In this document: in pieces, positions 15,857-17,883 of the stretch
Layout: the number at the start of each line of letters is the position of its first letter
How positions within the stretch are numbered: position 1 is the first letter of the stretch
Origin: Myxococcota bacterium
GTDB taxonomy: Bacteria; Myxococcota_A; Polyangia; Polyangiales; Sandaracinaceae
DNA length: 17,883 nucleotides
Assembly: GCA_036149055.1 (NCBI GenBank)
Contig: JAYZQJ010000052.1
Span: 1-17,883 of the forward strand
Reading direction: 5' to 3'
Notes under the pieces: model-generated
Seen by the model: the letters and a program-made list of their open reading frames with translations, nothing else
Databases searched by the model: none
What the model was told of the DNA's origin: nothing
Program-made: the position numbers and the translations under genes

Positions 15857-17688
15857 GCGCGCACCTCGACGAGATCGCCCTCGAGGCGCTCGCGAACGGC
15901 CGGGAGGATCTGGTGGCCGAGGAGGCGCTCGACCACCTCGACGAGTGCGCCGCGTGCGCCGAGCGGGTCGAGCTCGAGCGGCGCGGGGCGATGGACGCCT
16001 CGCTGGCCCTGCGTCGGGCCATGCCCGAGCTCGACGAGCTCGACGCGATGATCGCGCAGGCGATGACCCACGCGCCGGACGAGCTCTCGCCCGCGCCGAG
16101 CCGCCGGAGCCTCTGGTGGGGCGCCGCGGTGGGCGGGCTCGCGGCGGCCGCGCTGGGTGTGCTCTCGCTGCCCGCGCTGCCGACCTCGTTCGGCGGGGTG
16201 GCGGGCGGCGCGGCGTCCACTGGCGGGCAGCTCATCACCCTGTGGCGCGCGGTCGACAGCCTCGTGGAGGCGACCGTGCCCGGCGGCTGGATCGCGGTCT
16301 CGGTGATCGGGCTGGTGCTCGCGGCCCTGCTCGCGATGCCGATGCGGCTGTTGCTCGGCCCCCGCAAGCTGAACGGGCTCGGACCGCTGGCCTCCGCGCT
16401 CGGGGTGATCCTGTTCGCGCTCGCCGCGATGCCCGGCGCGGCGCACGCCTACCGGGTCGAGGGCGCGTGGCCGGATCCGGAGCCGACGGTGAGCGTCGAC
16501 GTCACCGATCAGCCGACCAGCGAGGCGCTCCGTCAGGCGGCGAGCTCGGCCGGGCTCGGGGTGGTGATCCGCCTCGACGACGATCCGAGGGTCACGCTCC
16601 ACGTGCAGGACGCGCCGATCGGCGAGGTGATCGAGGCCCTGCTCGGGGAGCGCCCGGTGGTGGTGCGCCCCGGGGCGAGCCTGATCACCGTGCGCCCCGA
16701 CGAGCCCGCGCCGGTCGAAGAGGCGCCGCCGGAGCGCGAGCCGCTCGAGGCGCGCCAGATCGCGGCCGCCGTCGCGCCGCCCGCCCCGCCGCCCGCGAGC
16801 CGACCTCCGCCTGCGCCCGCCGGGGTCTCCGACCGGGTGAACTTCGGCGGGGACGTCGAGGTGGGCGAGGACGAGCAGGTGCGCGACGTCATCACCATGG
16901 GCGGCGACGCCGAGGTGCGCGGGCGCGCCTACGGCGACGTGGTGACCATGGGCGGCGACGCCGAGATCGCCGGCGAGGTGATCGGCAACGTGATGACGAT
17001 GGGGGGCGACATCGAGCTGCTCGAGGGCGCGGTGATCCACGGCGAGGTCAACGCGATGGGCGGTGAGATCGACGTCGAGGACGGCGCGGTCGTGCACGGC
17101 GCCATGCACAGCGAGCAGGGCGAGGCGTTCGACGAGCCGGCCGAAGGTCGCGCCGCGCCCGAGAAGGTCGTCTCCTCGAGCCCCGGCTTCTTCCGCTGGG
17201 CGCTCTGGAACGTGCTGCTCTTCCTGCTCGGGCTCGTGCTCCTGGGCACCGCGCGGAAGCGCTTCTCGAACCTGCGCGGGGAGCTGGCCGCGAGGCCGCT
17301 TCGGAGCGCCTTCGGCGGCCTCCTCGGCGCGCTCTGCGGCGGCATCCTCGTGGTGGTCTTCGCGGTGACGCTGATCGGCCTGCCGGCCTCGGTGGTGCTG
17401 GGCGGGCTGCTCTTCGTCGGCCTCTGGATGGGCTGGACGACCAGCGCGTGGTGGATCGGCAGCGTGCTCCCGTTCGCGCTGCTCGAGGAGCGCCCGGTGG
17501 CCCAGCTCGCGGTGGGCGTGGGCGTGCTCTTCGTGGTCGGCCTGGTGCCGAAGGTGGGCACGCTCCTGGTGCTCGGCGCGATCCTCGCCGGCCTCGGCGC
17601 GGTGATCGCCACCGGCTTCGGCAACCAGTCGCCGCGCAAGAGCGGCGCCCGACACGTGCCGACCGGCCCCTTCCGCACGTCCGCCTGA
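15853..17688 (+). CDS. Multi-domain zinc-binding anti-sigma factor (611 aa): ZAS, 3 TM, STN-like, Pro linker, bactofilin-like beta-helix repeats, about 5 TM
   Basis: GTG start overlaps the sigma stop (GTGA). H4...HLDECAAC (Hx3Cx2C); VSVDVTDQPTSEALRQAA...VTLHVQDAPIGEVIEALL; xxMGGD repeats; hydrophobic C-terminal domain. Confidence 0.85.
   Translation: MSAHLDEIALEALANGREDLVAEEALDHLDECAACAERVELERRGAMDASLALRRAMPELDELDAMIAQAMTHAPDELSPAPSRRSLWWGAAVGGLAAAALGVLSLPALPTSFGGVAGGAASTGGQLITLWRAVDSLVEATVPGGWIAVSVIGLVLAALLAMPMRLLLGPRKLNGLGPLASALGVILFALAAMPGAAHAYRVEGAWPDPEPTVSVDVTDQPTSEALRQAASSAGLGVVIRLDDDPRVTLHVQDAPIGEVIEALLGERPVVVRPGASLITVRPDEPAPVEEAPPEREPLEARQIAAAVAPPAPPPASRPPPAPAGVSDRVNFGGDVEVGEDEQVRDVITMGGDAEVRGRAYGDVVTMGGDAEIAGEVIGNVMTMGGDIELLEGAVIHGEVNAMGGEIDVEDGAVVHGAMHSEQGEAFDEPAEGRAAPEKVVSSSPGFFRWALWNVLLFLLGLVLLGTARKRFSNLRGELAARPLRSAFGGLLGALCGGILVVVFAVTLIGLPASVVLGGLLFVGLWMGWTTSAWWIGSVLPFALLEERPVAQLAVGVGVLFVVGLVPKVGTLLVLGAILAGLGAVIATGFGNQSPRKSGARHVPTGPFRTSA
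16831..17100 (+). repeat. Intragenic 17-19 aa beta-helix (polymer-forming/bactofilin-like) repeats
   Basis: DRVNFGGDVEV.., DVITMGGDAEVRGRAYG, DVVTMGGDAEIAGEVIG, NVMTMGGDIELLEGAVIHG, EVNAMGGEIDVEDGAVVHG. accatgggcggcgacgccgag recurs at 51-nt spacing. Confidence 0.85.
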
Positions 17689-17770
17689 GCCGGCCGGGGC
17701 TCGAGAGGTGGCAAACGATGGCGCCGGGGCACCCCCGCCCGCTTCCACCACACTGACCCGAGACGACGGC

Positions 17771-17838
17771 AGGCGACGAGCGCAGCGAGGTCGCCGCACG
17801 AACACGGAAGGCGACGAGCGCAGCGAGGTCGCCGCACG
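17771..17838. repeat. Two identical 30-bp palindromic (REP-like) units separated by 8 bp
   Basis: aggcgacgagcgcagcgaggtcgccgcacg at 17771-17800 and 17809-17838. Each folds as a GGCGAC/GTCGCC stem around GAGCGCAGCGAG. Confidence 0.85.
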
Positions 17839-17883
17839 CATCACCCCACCCGTCCAACCCCGCGGCAGCGGGCGGCCAGCTCG

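Noticed and set aside
17771..17838. Possible CRISPR array
   Set aside because: Only two repeats with an 8-nt spacer, and no cas genes or leader.

Overview
Very GC-rich bacterial DNA, probably Myxococcota (Polyangiales/Sandaracinus-like). This is inferred from AgmX/PglI-type C-terminal domains with Gly-rich linkers, a Cys-rich lipoprotein and a deltaproteobacterial-type chemoreceptor. The left part is ordinary: tatC-tatB, a sensor-less methyl-accepting chemotaxis protein, an aldo/keto reductase, a Cys-rich lipoprotein, a universal stress protein and a PilZ protein. The right part (6233-17688) holds the most interesting locus. Two translationally coupled, paralogous giant lipoproteins share the architecture FecR-like / VIT / vWA / AgmX-PglI-C (TonB-C-like) / helical / TPR / DUF2135-like. 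They are transcribed divergently from an ECF sigma factor and a coupled multi-domain anti-sigma factor (zinc-binding ZAS, 3 TM, STN-like, beta-helix repeats, about 5 TM). The intergenic region carries two tandem SigW-like promoters (TGAAAT-N16/17-CGTA). I propose, as inference, a rearranged cell-surface-signalling or envelope-stress system. A REP-like 30-bp palindromic duplication lies at the right end. All domain calls are by-eye motif recognition; no searches were run.
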